Below, one piece after another: positions 28,432-37,931 of a DNA stretch of 64,000 nucleotides. This DNA comes from Deltaproteobacteria bacterium (GTDB lineage Bacteria; Myxococcota_A; UBA9160; SMWR01). The notes beneath the pieces are model-generated. The model worked only from the letters and a program-made list of their open reading frames with translations. It was not told where the DNA came from and did not search any database. The position numbers and the translations under genes are program-made. The stretch spans positions 49,322 through 113,321 of the forward strand of contig JAQBGU010000084.1 of NCBI GenBank assembly GCA_032128375.1, written 5' to 3'. The first letter of the stretch is position 1. Each line of letters begins with the position of its first letter.

Positions 28432-29244
28432 ATGGCGCTCACTAGCGACCCGACCCAGCGCGACATGCTCGAGGATTTTGATGCACGCGAGCTGAGCTTT
28501 GCCGGCAAGACCCGAACCGTCTTCGTGTCTGGCGATGGCCCGGCCGTGATCGTGATGGCCGAGATGCCCGGCATTCATCCCCAGGTTTGTGGTTTCGCGC
28601 GCCGTGTGCGGGACACCGGCTTCACCGTCTGGATGCCGCAGCTCTTCGGCGATCCGGGCGCGCCGGTTTCGGTCCTCCGCGCGGCAGGTGTCATGCTGCG
28701 CGGCTGCATCAGCCGCGAGTTCCGCGCTTTTGCCGCGGATCGCTCGAGTCCCGTGATCGACTGGTTGCGCGCACTCGCAGTTCACGCCCACCCCTTGTGC
28801 GGGGGGCTCGGGGTCGGCGCGATCGGGATGTGTTTTACGGGGAACTTCGCGCTCTCACTGATGCTCGAGCCGGTCGTGCGCGCGCCAGTGCTCTCACAAC
28901 CGTCGCTGCCTCTGTTGAAGCGAGATGGTCTTCACATCGCTCCGGCTGAGCTCGCGCAGATCAAAGAACGCATGCAGCGCGAGGACTTGACTGTGATGGC
29001 CTACCGGTTCGAAGGCGACCCTTTCTGTCGCGCGGAGCGCTTCGCGGCTTACGAGGAAGCGCTCGGGGATCGCTTCGTCGGCCGAGTGCTGCCCGACTCG
29101 TCCGCGAACCCGGAGGGCCTCGAGCGCATGCCTCCACACAGTGTTGTGACAGTGCACCTGATCGATCGCGAGGGGGAGCCCACTCGCGAGGCGCTCGACG
29201 AGATCCTCGGATTTTTTCGGACGCGGCTGATCGAGTCGGAATAG
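28432..29244 (+). CDS. Dienelactone hydrolase family protein
   Basis: EMPGIHP, GAIGMCFTGNFAL, SQPSLP and HSVVT motifs. Confidence 0.88.
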   Translation: MALTSDPTQRDMLEDFDARELSFAGKTRTVFVSGDGPAVIVMAEMPGIHPQVCGFARRVRDTGFTVWMPQLFGDPGAPVSVLRAAGVMLRGCISREFRAFAADRSSPVIDWLRALAVHAHPLCGGLGVGAIGMCFTGNFALSLMLEPVVRAPVLSQPSLPLLKRDGLHIAPAELAQIKERMQREDLTVMAYRFEGDPFCRAERFAAYEEALGDRFVGRVLPDSSANPEGLERMPPHSVVTVHLIDREGEPTREALDEILGFFRTRLIESE

Positions 29245-29434
29245 CCAGGCGTCGGCTCGGCACCACGGTGAACCTGGACCGCTCCTCCGCATCGGGCGAT
29301 CCGAGGCCTCGTGAAGAAATATCCGAATGCCGGCTTCTTCATGGCGCGCATCGAAATCTTTGGAGCGAAGGGTTTTGAGCGCGACCCGTCTCGCACCAGA
29401 ATCGGCTGTTTGTCCAGGCGCACGCTTTGCCGCG

Positions 29435-30280
29435 TCAATCTCCGACCCACGCGACCGCCGTCGCGATGTTGTCGCCGGAACGGTGGACGCGGTGCGCAGC
29501 GTTTGCTGCCTCTGCGATCGAGCGGGCCGCCTCGAGTGAGCGGTGCTCGGGTTCACTTTGCTGCGCGTTCGATACACATTCGAATACAGTAGTCTCCGGC
29601 ACGTCGACGCCGATTCCTCGTTCGGAAATCCCATCGGTGGCGAGCACGATCGCGCGCGTCGAGCCCAGCGGCTCGACGCCGATCAGACACATTTGGGACA
29701 GCGTCTCGCGAGTTTCGGAGGGGCGACCAAGGAAGCGGTTTCGGCTCGCGGTGTGGTAACCCAGATCGAACGACTCGAAGTCGTTGACGCGAAATATGTG
29801 GCTGTCGCCGACAGAAGCAAATGCGATGCAATCGTCTCCCGGCCGAACCACTGCGATGGCAAGGGTCGTACGCGCGGTGTCAAGTGCGCCTGCGGTCACG
29901 TCGGCCAGAATCGCGTTTTGAATCGCGAAGATCTCGTCGCATGCCCACGCTGCCCAGTTTTGCTGAAAGTTGGCAGCATCTTGGCCAGTCCAGCGCTCGG
30001 CGGGGCCGCCCATCAACCTATCGATCGCGAGTCGGGCGGCATCCCGGCCACTGTGGCCGTCTGCCACGGCAACGACTACACCGGCGGGCCCGATCGCAAA
30101 CGCCGCGGCGTCTTCATTCGGGTCGGTGTGTTCGTAGGTCTTGCGGGCGCCACCTTTCGACAGTGCGATTGCCGCGTTGCCCTGTGCGGTCGCCGATACG
30201 GCACCGATCGCATCGGACGCTTCCCCGTGTAGTTTCGCCTGGAAGATCTCGGCCGATCCAGCGTAGCCTTTTGCGGTCAC
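29435..30280 (-). CDS. PP2C-type (PPM) protein phosphatase
   Basis: NEDA, VADGHSG, SVGDS, LATDG and GDNI motifs; GTG start inferred. Confidence 0.8.
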   Translation of the reverse strand: MTAKGYAGSAEIFQAKLHGEASDAIGAVSATAQGNAAIALSKGGARKTYEHTDPNEDAAAFAIGPAGVVVAVADGHSGRDAARLAIDRLMGGPAERWTGQDAANFQQNWAAWACDEIFAIQNAILADVTAGALDTARTTLAIAVVRPGDDCIAFASVGDSHIFRVNDFESFDLGYHTASRNRFLGRPSETRETLSQMCLIGVEPLGSTRAIVLATDGISERGIGVDVPETTVFECVSNAQQSEPEHRSLEAARSIAEAANAAHRVHRSGDNIATAVAWVGD

Positions 30281-30436
30281 GAATCTCTCTCGAATGGGAT
30301 TCGCCGCAGTATAGGTCCCGGCGGCCCCACGGCTTGATCTCATCGAGTCTTCCCCCCGGGGTTGCGACATTCGCGCGCGAGCCGGACACTCGCTGACCTT
30401 TGCAATTCGGCACGAAGCCAGAAACATGAGGACGCG

Positions 30437-31225
30437 GTGAGCGGCCAATTTCGCCTGAACGACGATGAGAAGCGCGCCTATGCGGACGATGGATTCTTCA
30501 TCCGCGAACGACTCTTCGACACGGAAGAAATCGAAGATCTACGCGACGCGGTCGAGCAATGCGCGGCCAAGGCGACCGCCGCGGTGTGCCCGGGCGTCGA
30601 CGAATACGAAATCGACGGCAATCGCTATTGCGAAGCTTCGGGATCGACGATCCAGTTCGAGCACTCCTCGGGCTCCAACAGCGTTCGTGTCATCGAACCG
30701 TTCCATCATCTCGACGAGCGCATCGACCGAACAATCGACGATCCGCGCTTTGTCGACCCGGCGCGCGACCTGACGGGTGCCGAGCGAATTTCGCTGTTCA
30801 CAGCGAAGCTCAATCTAAAGCGGCCGCGCGAAGGGTCACGCTTTCGCTGGCACCAGGATTCCCCGTACTGGGCGCATGCCTTTGCGGAAGTGGAGCGTCT
30901 CCCCAACTTGATGCTGGCGCTCGACGATTCCAACGAAGCCAACGGCTGCCTGCGCATCATTCGCGGCAGCCATCGCCGCGGTATGTTGCCGGGCCTCGCA
31001 GGGCAGGGGACCCTTGGTCCTTTGTTCACCGACCCGAAGCATTTCGACGAGTCGCAGCAGGTACCGGCTGTGATGCCTGCAGGCAGCATGTTGTTCTTCC
31101 ACCCGTCGACGGTGCACGGCTCACTACCGAACCGCTCGGATCAACCCCGTCGAGCGTTCCTGTTCACCTATCAGCCGGGTGCGCGGCGGCTGTTCAAAGT
31201 GGACGTGAAGCGCGAAGCCGGCTGA
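30437..31225 (+). CDS. Phytanoyl-CoA dioxygenase (PhyH) family Fe(II)/2OG dioxygenase
   Basis: WHQD, NGCLRIIRGSH and HGSLPNRSDQPRR motifs. Confidence 0.88.
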   Translation: MSGQFRLNDDEKRAYADDGFFIRERLFDTEEIEDLRDAVEQCAAKATAAVCPGVDEYEIDGNRYCEASGSTIQFEHSSGSNSVRVIEPFHHLDERIDRTIDDPRFVDPARDLTGAERISLFTAKLNLKRPREGSRFRWHQDSPYWAHAFAEVERLPNLMLALDDSNEANGCLRIIRGSHRRGMLPGLAGQGTLGPLFTDPKHFDESQQVPAVMPAGSMLFFHPSTVHGSLPNRSDQPRRAFLFTYQPGARRLFKVDVKREAG

Positions 31226-31247
31226 CCGCAGCATCCTGCGTGGTCTG

Positions 31248-32387
31248 CTAGACCTCGAACCCGTACAACCGCGCGGCGTTGCCGCATAGGATCTTGCGTT
31301 GTGTCTCACCCGATATGCCTGTCAGCTGCGGGCCGAGCAACTCGAGCGAGTCTGGCCAAGTGCCGTCGGGATGCGGGAAATCGGACCCCCACATGACGGT
31401 GTCTTCGCCGATGCGATCGAGGTTCGCGAGACCGACCGCGTCGACCTGGAAGGTCGCAAACATCTGGCCGCGCCAGTACTCGCTCGGCGGCTTAGAGATC
31501 AGGTCCTTGAACTGGTCCTCCCATTCGAAATCGAGCCGTTCGAGCGCGTAGGGAAGCCAACCGATTCCCGACTCGCCGATCACGACCTTGAGTTCGTTGT
31601 GGCGCTCGAGAGCGCCGCCGAAGATCACCGCCGACAGCACGCTCATCATCGGGATTTGAAAGGAGCTGATGTGCGTGGCCAGCCACGGGCGGTAGTTCTT
31701 TGGCTCCGTGAGCCAGCGCCGGTCGACGGCGGGACCGACCGTATGGATGTGGACCGGAACACCGGTGTCCTGCGATGCCTGCCAGATGGGCTCCCACTCT
31801 TTGTGCCACAGCGGCGTCATGTCGTGGGTGAGACCGAGTTCGACGCCCTTCAGTCCCAGCTTCGCGCAGCGGCGAAACTCGTCCGCGGAGGCTTCGGGAT
31901 CGCCCGGTGCCAGACACCCGATACCGGCGAAGCGCCCCGGCACACTGCGGCAAAAATCGCTGAGCCAATCGTTGTAGATACGTATGACGACGGCCGCGAC
32001 TTCCGGGTCGTTCAAGCGTCCGGCGGCGCCGAGAATGCCGTAGACGACTTCACCTGCGACTCCGTCGAGGTCCTGATCGATCGCGCGCAGCGTGGGATCG
32101 GCCGGGCGCATGATGCCATTGGCCTGGTCGCGGTACAGGCCCTGCTCTGCCATTCGGTCGGAGCGGTGGATTTCTCCCGGAACATAGGGCCGCCCTGCGG
32201 AACCCATTCCTCCGTGGAGTCCAAGGGATTCCCCCTGGTGGGACCGCCAAACTCGGCTGCCGGAAGTTTCTACCACCACGCGTGGCATCCGGTTGCGCAA
32301 CGCCGCGGGTGCGTTGTCGATCCACAGTGCTTCGGGTAGTAACGGAAAGTCGATATGGCCATCGGCCGAAATCAACGGGTGATCCAT
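31248..32387 (-). CDS. Amidohydrolase 2 family protein
   Basis: ISADGH, PVHIH, ESGIGW and WGSDFPHPDGTWP motifs. Confidence 0.9.
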   Translation of the reverse strand: MDHPLISADGHIDFPLLPEALWIDNAPAALRNRMPRVVVETSGSRVWRSHQGESLGLHGGMGSAGRPYVPGEIHRSDRMAEQGLYRDQANGIMRPADPTLRAIDQDLDGVAGEVVYGILGAAGRLNDPEVAAVVIRIYNDWLSDFCRSVPGRFAGIGCLAPGDPEASADEFRRCAKLGLKGVELGLTHDMTPLWHKEWEPIWQASQDTGVPVHIHTVGPAVDRRWLTEPKNYRPWLATHISSFQIPMMSVLSAVIFGGALERHNELKVVIGESGIGWLPYALERLDFEWEDQFKDLISKPPSEYWRGQMFATFQVDAVGLANLDRIGEDTVMWGSDFPHPDGTWPDSLELLGPQLTGISGETQRKILCGNAARLYGFEV

Positions 32388-32405
32388 GGCAGTCTCCTCA
32401 ATCCA

Positions 32406-34058
32406 TCAGTGCGTCAGCCAGTCGAACTTCTGCGGCTTTCGCTGTGCGGATGGGTCGATCAGAATATTGACGATGTTCGGCATCGGATCGTTCAGGGCCT
32501 CTTTCAAAGTCGGTCCGAGTTCCTTGACGCTGGTGACCAGGTAGCCGCGGCCGCCGAATGCTTCGATCACCTTCTCGTAGCGGGCGTCGATGGTGTAGAC
32601 GAACGGCGGCGGGTTCGCGGGGTCATACTCGCTCAGGCCACCACCGATGCCGTTGTTGTTGATGATGATGAACGTGATCGGCAACCGGAAGCGGCATGCG
32701 GTTTCGACCTCCATGCCGCTGAAGCCAAACGCCGAGTCGCCTTCGACACAAACCACCTTTTCATGCGGGTGGGCGACGGCCGCAGCGATCGCGAAGCCCA
32801 GCCCAACGCCCATGGTCCCGTAGGTGCCGGCATCCAGTCGGTGCCGTGCTTCGAAGTTCGGAAGCACGGTTCGTCCGATATCCATCGTGTTGGCGCCTTC
32901 GCTGCAGATGATGGCGTCACGTGGCAGCAAATCACGGATTTCGCGCAGCACCCTGTAGTAGCCCATGGGCTCCGAGTCGTCGTTCAGCATCGCCTCGACT
33001 GCGGCCACGTTGTATGCCACCTGCTCGCCGAGCGCTGCGCGCCACGTCGTCTGCTTTGGATAGCTCCACGATTTCGCTTCGACTGCAGAGTTGAGTTGGC
33101 CCATAACAGCCTTCGCGTCGCCGACGAGCGGCACCGCAGTAGGTACGTTGGTCCCTATCTCTTCGGGGGAAATGTCGAGTTGGATGATCTTCACACCCTT
33201 GGCGAGGCGCGGCGGCAAGCCGAAATGCATGATCCAGTTCAATCGAGCGCCAATCAGGAACACGACGTCGGCATTCTGTAGCGCGTGCGAGCGCGCCGGT
33301 GCGACCGACAGCGGGTGATCGTCGGGAACGACTCCCTTTCCCATCGGTGATGCCAGGAACGGTAGTTGGGTCCTGTCGACAAAATCGCGGACTTCGTTCT
33401 CCGCTCGCGCGTAGGCGGCGCCCTTGCCGACGATGACCAGCGGTCGCTCGGCTGACTGCAGTGTTTCGAGCGCGCACGCAATGTACTGGGGGTCGACGAG
33501 CGAACGCGGCGGTTCGGGGCAGCGGGCCAGCCAGTCGACAGCGTCCTCGTCGAGCCGCGCGCCGATCAAGTCGTTCGGCAGGTCGAGATACACGGCGCCC
33601 GGTCGGCCGCTGATGCTGGTTCGAACGGCCTTCTCGACAAAAAACGGGATGCGTGTAGCGGATTCGGGGCGCGCGGCGTACTTGGAAAAGGGCCGGGCCG
33701 CTTCGACCTGCGGCGTCTCTTGAAACGCCCCACACCCGTCCTGGTAGCTGTCGTTCGCACCGCCGAGCAAAATCATCGGCCAGCAGTTCGACTGCGCGTT
33801 CGCCAACCCCGCGATGCCGTGGACCATGCCGGGGCCGGATACCGCAAGGCAAGCGCCGGGGCGGCCTGTCAGGTAGCCGATGGCTCCGGCCGCATAACTG
33901 GCGGCTTGTTCGTTGCGAAAGCCGAGGTAGCGAATGCCTTCCTGCTGGGCGGCTGACGCGATCGGAATCACGGGGAAACCGACAACTCCGAACATGTATT
34001 CGACACCTTGTTGCTTGAGGCTGCGTGCGATGATTCGGGCCCCGCCGATTTGGGACAT
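32406..34058 (-). CDS. ThDP-dependent 2-hydroxyacyl-CoA lyase / oxalyl-CoA decarboxylase family
   Basis: RNEQAASYAA, EGANTMDIGR, LDAGTYGTMGVG and GDSAFGFSGME...NNNG motifs. Confidence 0.9.
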   Translation of the reverse strand: MSQIGGARIIARSLKQQGVEYMFGVVGFPVIPIASAAQQEGIRYLGFRNEQAASYAAGAIGYLTGRPGACLAVSGPGMVHGIAGLANAQSNCWPMILLGGANDSYQDGCGAFQETPQVEAARPFSKYAARPESATRIPFFVEKAVRTSISGRPGAVYLDLPNDLIGARLDEDAVDWLARCPEPPRSLVDPQYIACALETLQSAERPLVIVGKGAAYARAENEVRDFVDRTQLPFLASPMGKGVVPDDHPLSVAPARSHALQNADVVFLIGARLNWIMHFGLPPRLAKGVKIIQLDISPEEIGTNVPTAVPLVGDAKAVMGQLNSAVEAKSWSYPKQTTWRAALGEQVAYNVAAVEAMLNDDSEPMGYYRVLREIRDLLPRDAIICSEGANTMDIGRTVLPNFEARHRLDAGTYGTMGVGLGFAIAAAVAHPHEKVVCVEGDSAFGFSGMEVETACRFRLPITFIIINNNGIGGGLSEYDPANPPPFVYTIDARYEKVIEAFGGRGYLVTSVKELGPTLKEALNDPMPNIVNILIDPSAQRKPQKFDWLTH

Positions 34059-34093
34059 GGGTTCCTCCGGTTTGGGTGTTCGTTTAGGTCCAA

Positions 34094-34129
34094 TTTGCTT
34101 CGGTCTTTGCTTCAGTTCTTGCTTCGGTC
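34094..34129. repeat. Three 12-bp tandem repeats upstream of the lyase
   Basis: tttgcttcggtc / tttgcttcagtt / cttgcttcggtc. Confidence 0.65.
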
Positions 34130-34426
34130 AATTTCGCTTCGTTGATCGATCGGACCCGGCTCGCGTAGTGCGGGCAGTTCGTAGCTGTCCATTCTCACAT
34201 TTTTCGGTTGTGAGTCGATTTCTGAGTCAACTCTCGATCAGGCCGCGCTCGGCATTTTCCGGTCGAACAGGGCGGATCGGCCAGGGCAGCGCTGTGATTC
34301 TACCGGAATGAACGCGAAGCGGGCAGCCGAACCGCGGGCTTCGCGCTGCGGTCTGGGCTATTCGGGGACATCCGCGTGGAGATTCGGCGGACACCGCTTT
34401 CGGTCCTGCAGCAGCAGGAGTGGCGC

Positions 34427-34709
34427 GTGTTGAAGCGATTGTGCGTATTTTGCGGATCGAATCGCGGTAGCCTACCCGAATACACTTCAGCAGTTCAGTC
34501 GCTGGGTCGCGAGCTTGCCGATCGGAAGATCGGACTGGTGTATGGCGGAGGAGGGCCAAGGCGCTGCCCAAGCGAAATTCATCCGACGGGATCATCGTCA
34601 AACTCTCCTGGTGTCGGATACCGCTTCAGACTTGATCACCCAGCTCGAGATCCATGAGCCACCTCGGGTCGGCAAATGCCTCGATTTCGAACCGCGCGAT
34701 TCGAGTTGA
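34427..34709 (+). pseudogene. LOG-family (TIGR00730-like) nucleotide phosphoribohydrolase remnant
   Basis: KRLCVFCGS..LVYGGG jumps to the C-terminal FIRRDHRQTLLVSD; the central PGGxGTxxE region is missing. Confidence 0.78.
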
Positions 34710-34711
34710 CT

Positions 34712-36295
34712 ATGGCAGACACGACGGCGAATATGACCAACACTCCGTTCCCCAACGCCAGTGCGGCCGCAGCGGTCGGGATGTCGATCGCGTTTACCGC
34801 GCGCAAGGCTCCGAACCGCCCGGCGATTCTGTCGGAGCGGGGCGACCGCAGCTTCGGCGAACTGAACGCGCACGCAAACATGCTGGTGCGCGAGTTGCGC
34901 GCGGCGGGGCTTCGTACAGGCGACGCGGTTGCGTTGATGTGCAGCAATCGACCGGAATTCGCCGAGGTGTTTGCCGCCTGTCTTCGCGGTGGCTTTCGGC
35001 TGACCTTGCTGAACTGGCACCTGACGGCGGACGAGGTTGGCTACATCGTCGACGATTGTGAAGCGCGCGCTTTCATCGTCGAGGCGCGCTGTGCCGCGGC
35101 AGCCCAGGGGGTTGCGGACAATGGCCGGCTCGTGTTGCGGCTCGTGGTTGGGGCGGCAGAGAATTTCGATCGGGACCCATTCGAAGACTACGCGCGCTCG
35201 CTCTTGCGGCATTCAGGAAGCGACCTCGACGATCCGGTTCGCGGCAGCACGATGCTGTATACGTCGGGGACGACCGGTAGGCCGAAAGGTGTTCGACGCA
35301 ATCCGATGGCGCGGCCCCCCCAGCAGAGTGCCACGGACATCGCTGGGACCTTCGAGCGCGGCGAATCGCTCGTGCTGTGTACCGGACCGCTGTACCACGC
35401 AGCACCGCTGCAGACGAACCTAACCCTGCCGCTACTGCGTGGCGTCGGCGTAGTGTTGATGGATCAATGGGATGCCGAACAGACCCTCGCGCTGATCGAG
35501 CGTCACAGGATCACCCACACGCACATGGTCGCGACGATGTTTCACCGCCTGCTTGCGCTGCCCGAAGAAGTCCGCAACCGCTACGACGTGTCGTCGCTGG
35601 TCTTTGTCATCCACGGTGCGGCCCCGACACCGGTCCATGTGAAGCGCGCGATGATCGATTGGTTTGGGCCGGTGATCTACGAATACTATGCGGCGACCGA
35701 GGGCGGCGGGACGTCGATTACGCCCGAACAGTGGTTACAAAAACCGGGTAGCGTCGGACCACCGAACCCGGGTCGTGCGGTGGTCGTCCTCGACGACGAA
35801 CACAAGCCCGTACGCACGGGGACAGCCGGTACCGTCTATTTCACGACGCCCGATGAAGGTGCGTTCGAGTACTTCAAAAGTCCGGAAAAGACCGCGGCGT
35901 CGTTTGCAGGGGACCTGTTTACGCTGGGCGACCACGGCTACCTCGACGAGGACGGCTACCTGTTCCTGACCGGCCGTACCTCCGAGCTGATCATTGCGGG
36001 AGGCGTGAACATCTACCCCGCTGAAATCGATGCAGCATTGCTGATGCACGCGGCCGTTGCGGATGTCGCATGCGTTGGGGTCCCCAACGAGGAACGCGGA
36101 GAGGAGGTGAAGGCCGTCGTGCAACTCGCCGACGGTTTTGTCGAATCAGCCCAACTGGCCGACGAATTGATCCAGTTCTGCCAAGCACACCTGGCAAAAT
36201 TCAAGTGCCCGCGAAGCGTGGATTTCGACCGCAGACTACCCCGCAGCGACGCCGGAAAGGTGCTGCGCAAGGTTGTCCGCGATCGCTATTGGTAA
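34712..36295 (+). CDS. Acyl-CoA synthetase (AMP-binding)
   Basis: YTSGTTGRPKG, YYAATEG, GGVNIYPAEI and LPRSDAGK motifs. Confidence 0.93.
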   Translation: MADTTANMTNTPFPNASAAAAVGMSIAFTARKAPNRPAILSERGDRSFGELNAHANMLVRELRAAGLRTGDAVALMCSNRPEFAEVFAACLRGGFRLTLLNWHLTADEVGYIVDDCEARAFIVEARCAAAAQGVADNGRLVLRLVVGAAENFDRDPFEDYARSLLRHSGSDLDDPVRGSTMLYTSGTTGRPKGVRRNPMARPPQQSATDIAGTFERGESLVLCTGPLYHAAPLQTNLTLPLLRGVGVVLMDQWDAEQTLALIERHRITHTHMVATMFHRLLALPEEVRNRYDVSSLVFVIHGAAPTPVHVKRAMIDWFGPVIYEYYAATEGGGTSITPEQWLQKPGSVGPPNPGRAVVVLDDEHKPVRTGTAGTVYFTTPDEGAFEYFKSPEKTAASFAGDLFTLGDHGYLDEDGYLFLTGRTSELIIAGGVNIYPAEIDAALLMHAAVADVACVGVPNEERGEEVKAVVQLADGFVESAQLADELIQFCQAHLAKFKCPRSVDFDRRLPRSDAGKVLRKVVRDRYW

Positions 36296-36355
36296 ACCGC
36301 CTCGCAAGAATGAAAATGGCATCATGGAAGGGCACAGCCAAAGAGGAGGCCTTCG

Positions 36356-37148
36356 ATGGGACAACTCGACGACAAAATCGCAATCGTGACTGGAGGTGGC
36401 CGGGGAATCGGCCGCGGCATCGTATTTGCTCTCGCCCAGGCCGGCGCGGACATTGTCATCGCAGACGTGGATCTGGTGAGTGCAGAGCAGACCGCGAAGG
36501 AGGTCGAGGCGCGGGGACGTCAGGTGTTGGTGGTACGGCTCGACGTCACGAATGAAAACTCGGTCCGCGAAGGCACGGCTTCGGCGCTGGAACGCTTCGG
36601 TCGGGTCGACATTCTGATCAACAACGCTGGGGTCGTGCAGGACCACGTTGGCGCCGCCGTCGACCAGGACGATTTCGATCGCTGCTTCCAGGTGAATCTG
36701 CGCGGCATCTGGACGATGACTTCGGCGCTCGCGCCGCATCTGCGTGAGCGGAAGTACGGCAAGATCGTGAATATTGCTTCGATTGCCGGCCGCAAGGGGG
36801 GCAGTGGCCTCGCGCCGTACTGCGCATCCAAGGCGGGAGCGATCAGCCTGACGCAAGTCGCTGGCGGCCGAGTTGGGACCGGATGGAATCAACGTCGATG
36901 CGATCTGCCCGGGCCTGCTGTGGACACCCATGTGGGAAAAACTCGAGGGCATGATTCGCAATACCGACGACGCCGAGGTTGTCGACCAGCGCGCGGCCTT
37001 CGATGCCTTCATCCAGAAGAACTGTCCCCTACGGCGCGAACAGACACCTGAGGACATCGGCCACGCCGTGGTCTTTCTGGTATCGGATGCGGCACGCAAC
37101 ATCACGGGCCAGTCGCTCAACGTCGACGGCGGCATCGAGATGAACTGA
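36356..37148 (+). pseudogene. SDR oxidoreductase with a single +1 frameshift near 36858 (pseudogene or sequencing error)
   Basis: TGGGRGIG, NNAG and YCASK in one frame; SLAAELGPDGINV..NITGQSLNVDGG in the next. Confidence 0.82.
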
Positions 37149-37198
37149 TTCGAGCACTGCTCCCGAGTGTGCCGTCTTCGTGGGGCGTGAGTCGCCGC

Positions 37199-37708
37199 TC
37201 ACGCGCCAACTGCGGACGAGAGCGCCTTCTCGAACAATCGAACCCAGTAGCCGTGCTCCTTTGCGCGGTCGAGTTCGCGGAAACCGAGATCTCGGTAGTA
37301 GGCGCGCAGTGCTTGGCTGCCGTCCCAGCAGTCCAGTCGCACGAGCGAGCGATCGGCGTCGAGCGCCCATTGCTGCGCGCGTTCAACGATTCTGTGACCG
37401 TGATTTCGACCGCCAATCGACCTGGCGACTGCGAGTTTTCGAAGGTAGACAGCCGGCTCCGGGTGGTCGTCCCACGCTGGGTAGGACGCGCGTCCGACAA
37501 TGCAGCCACCCAGCACCACGTGGCCACCGCGCAAAACGATCAGGTCGCCCTCATCGATCCAGACGCGAAAGTTCTCGATTTGGGCGCGGTTCGAGCCAGG
37601 CGGCCACTGCGCGATACCGCGCTCGAATAGCCACGTGCCGACCTCTTCGAGAACTTCGACGAAATTCGCCAGGTCCCCCGGCCCCGCGATCTCGAGCGTC
37701 AGTTCCAC
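37199..37708 (-). CDS. GNAT N-acetyltransferase
   Basis: RGIAQW, YLRKLAV, VRLDC and LRAYYRDLGF patterns; GTG start inferred. Confidence 0.8.
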   Translation of the reverse strand: MELTLEIAGPGDLANFVEVLEEVGTWLFERGIAQWPPGSNRAQIENFRVWIDEGDLIVLRGGHVVLGGCIVGRASYPAWDDHPEPAVYLRKLAVARSIGGRNHGHRIVERAQQWALDADRSLVRLDCWDGSQALRAYYRDLGFRELDRAKEHGYWVRLFEKALSSAVGA

Positions 37709-37931
37709 GCTGTGCCTCGATCCAGGCTCTCCCCAATCGCGTGCGCATGCATATAGACAGATATTTACAAAGACAGTTGGAAAAACATCAAGAAAGTCGC
37801 TCAGATACGCTCCCGTAAACCCGATAAGAACGGATTCTGGCAAGTTGATGTCGTGACAAGAACGCCAGGATCCGGAATTGAAGAAACGGCCGCGTCGAAC
37901 GTCCAATGTGCCGATGCCAAGGAGGTCCGAT

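Noticed and set aside
36850..36870. Programmed frameshift in the SDR gene
   Set aside because: No slippery heptamer; a single extra base fits a mutation or sequencing error.
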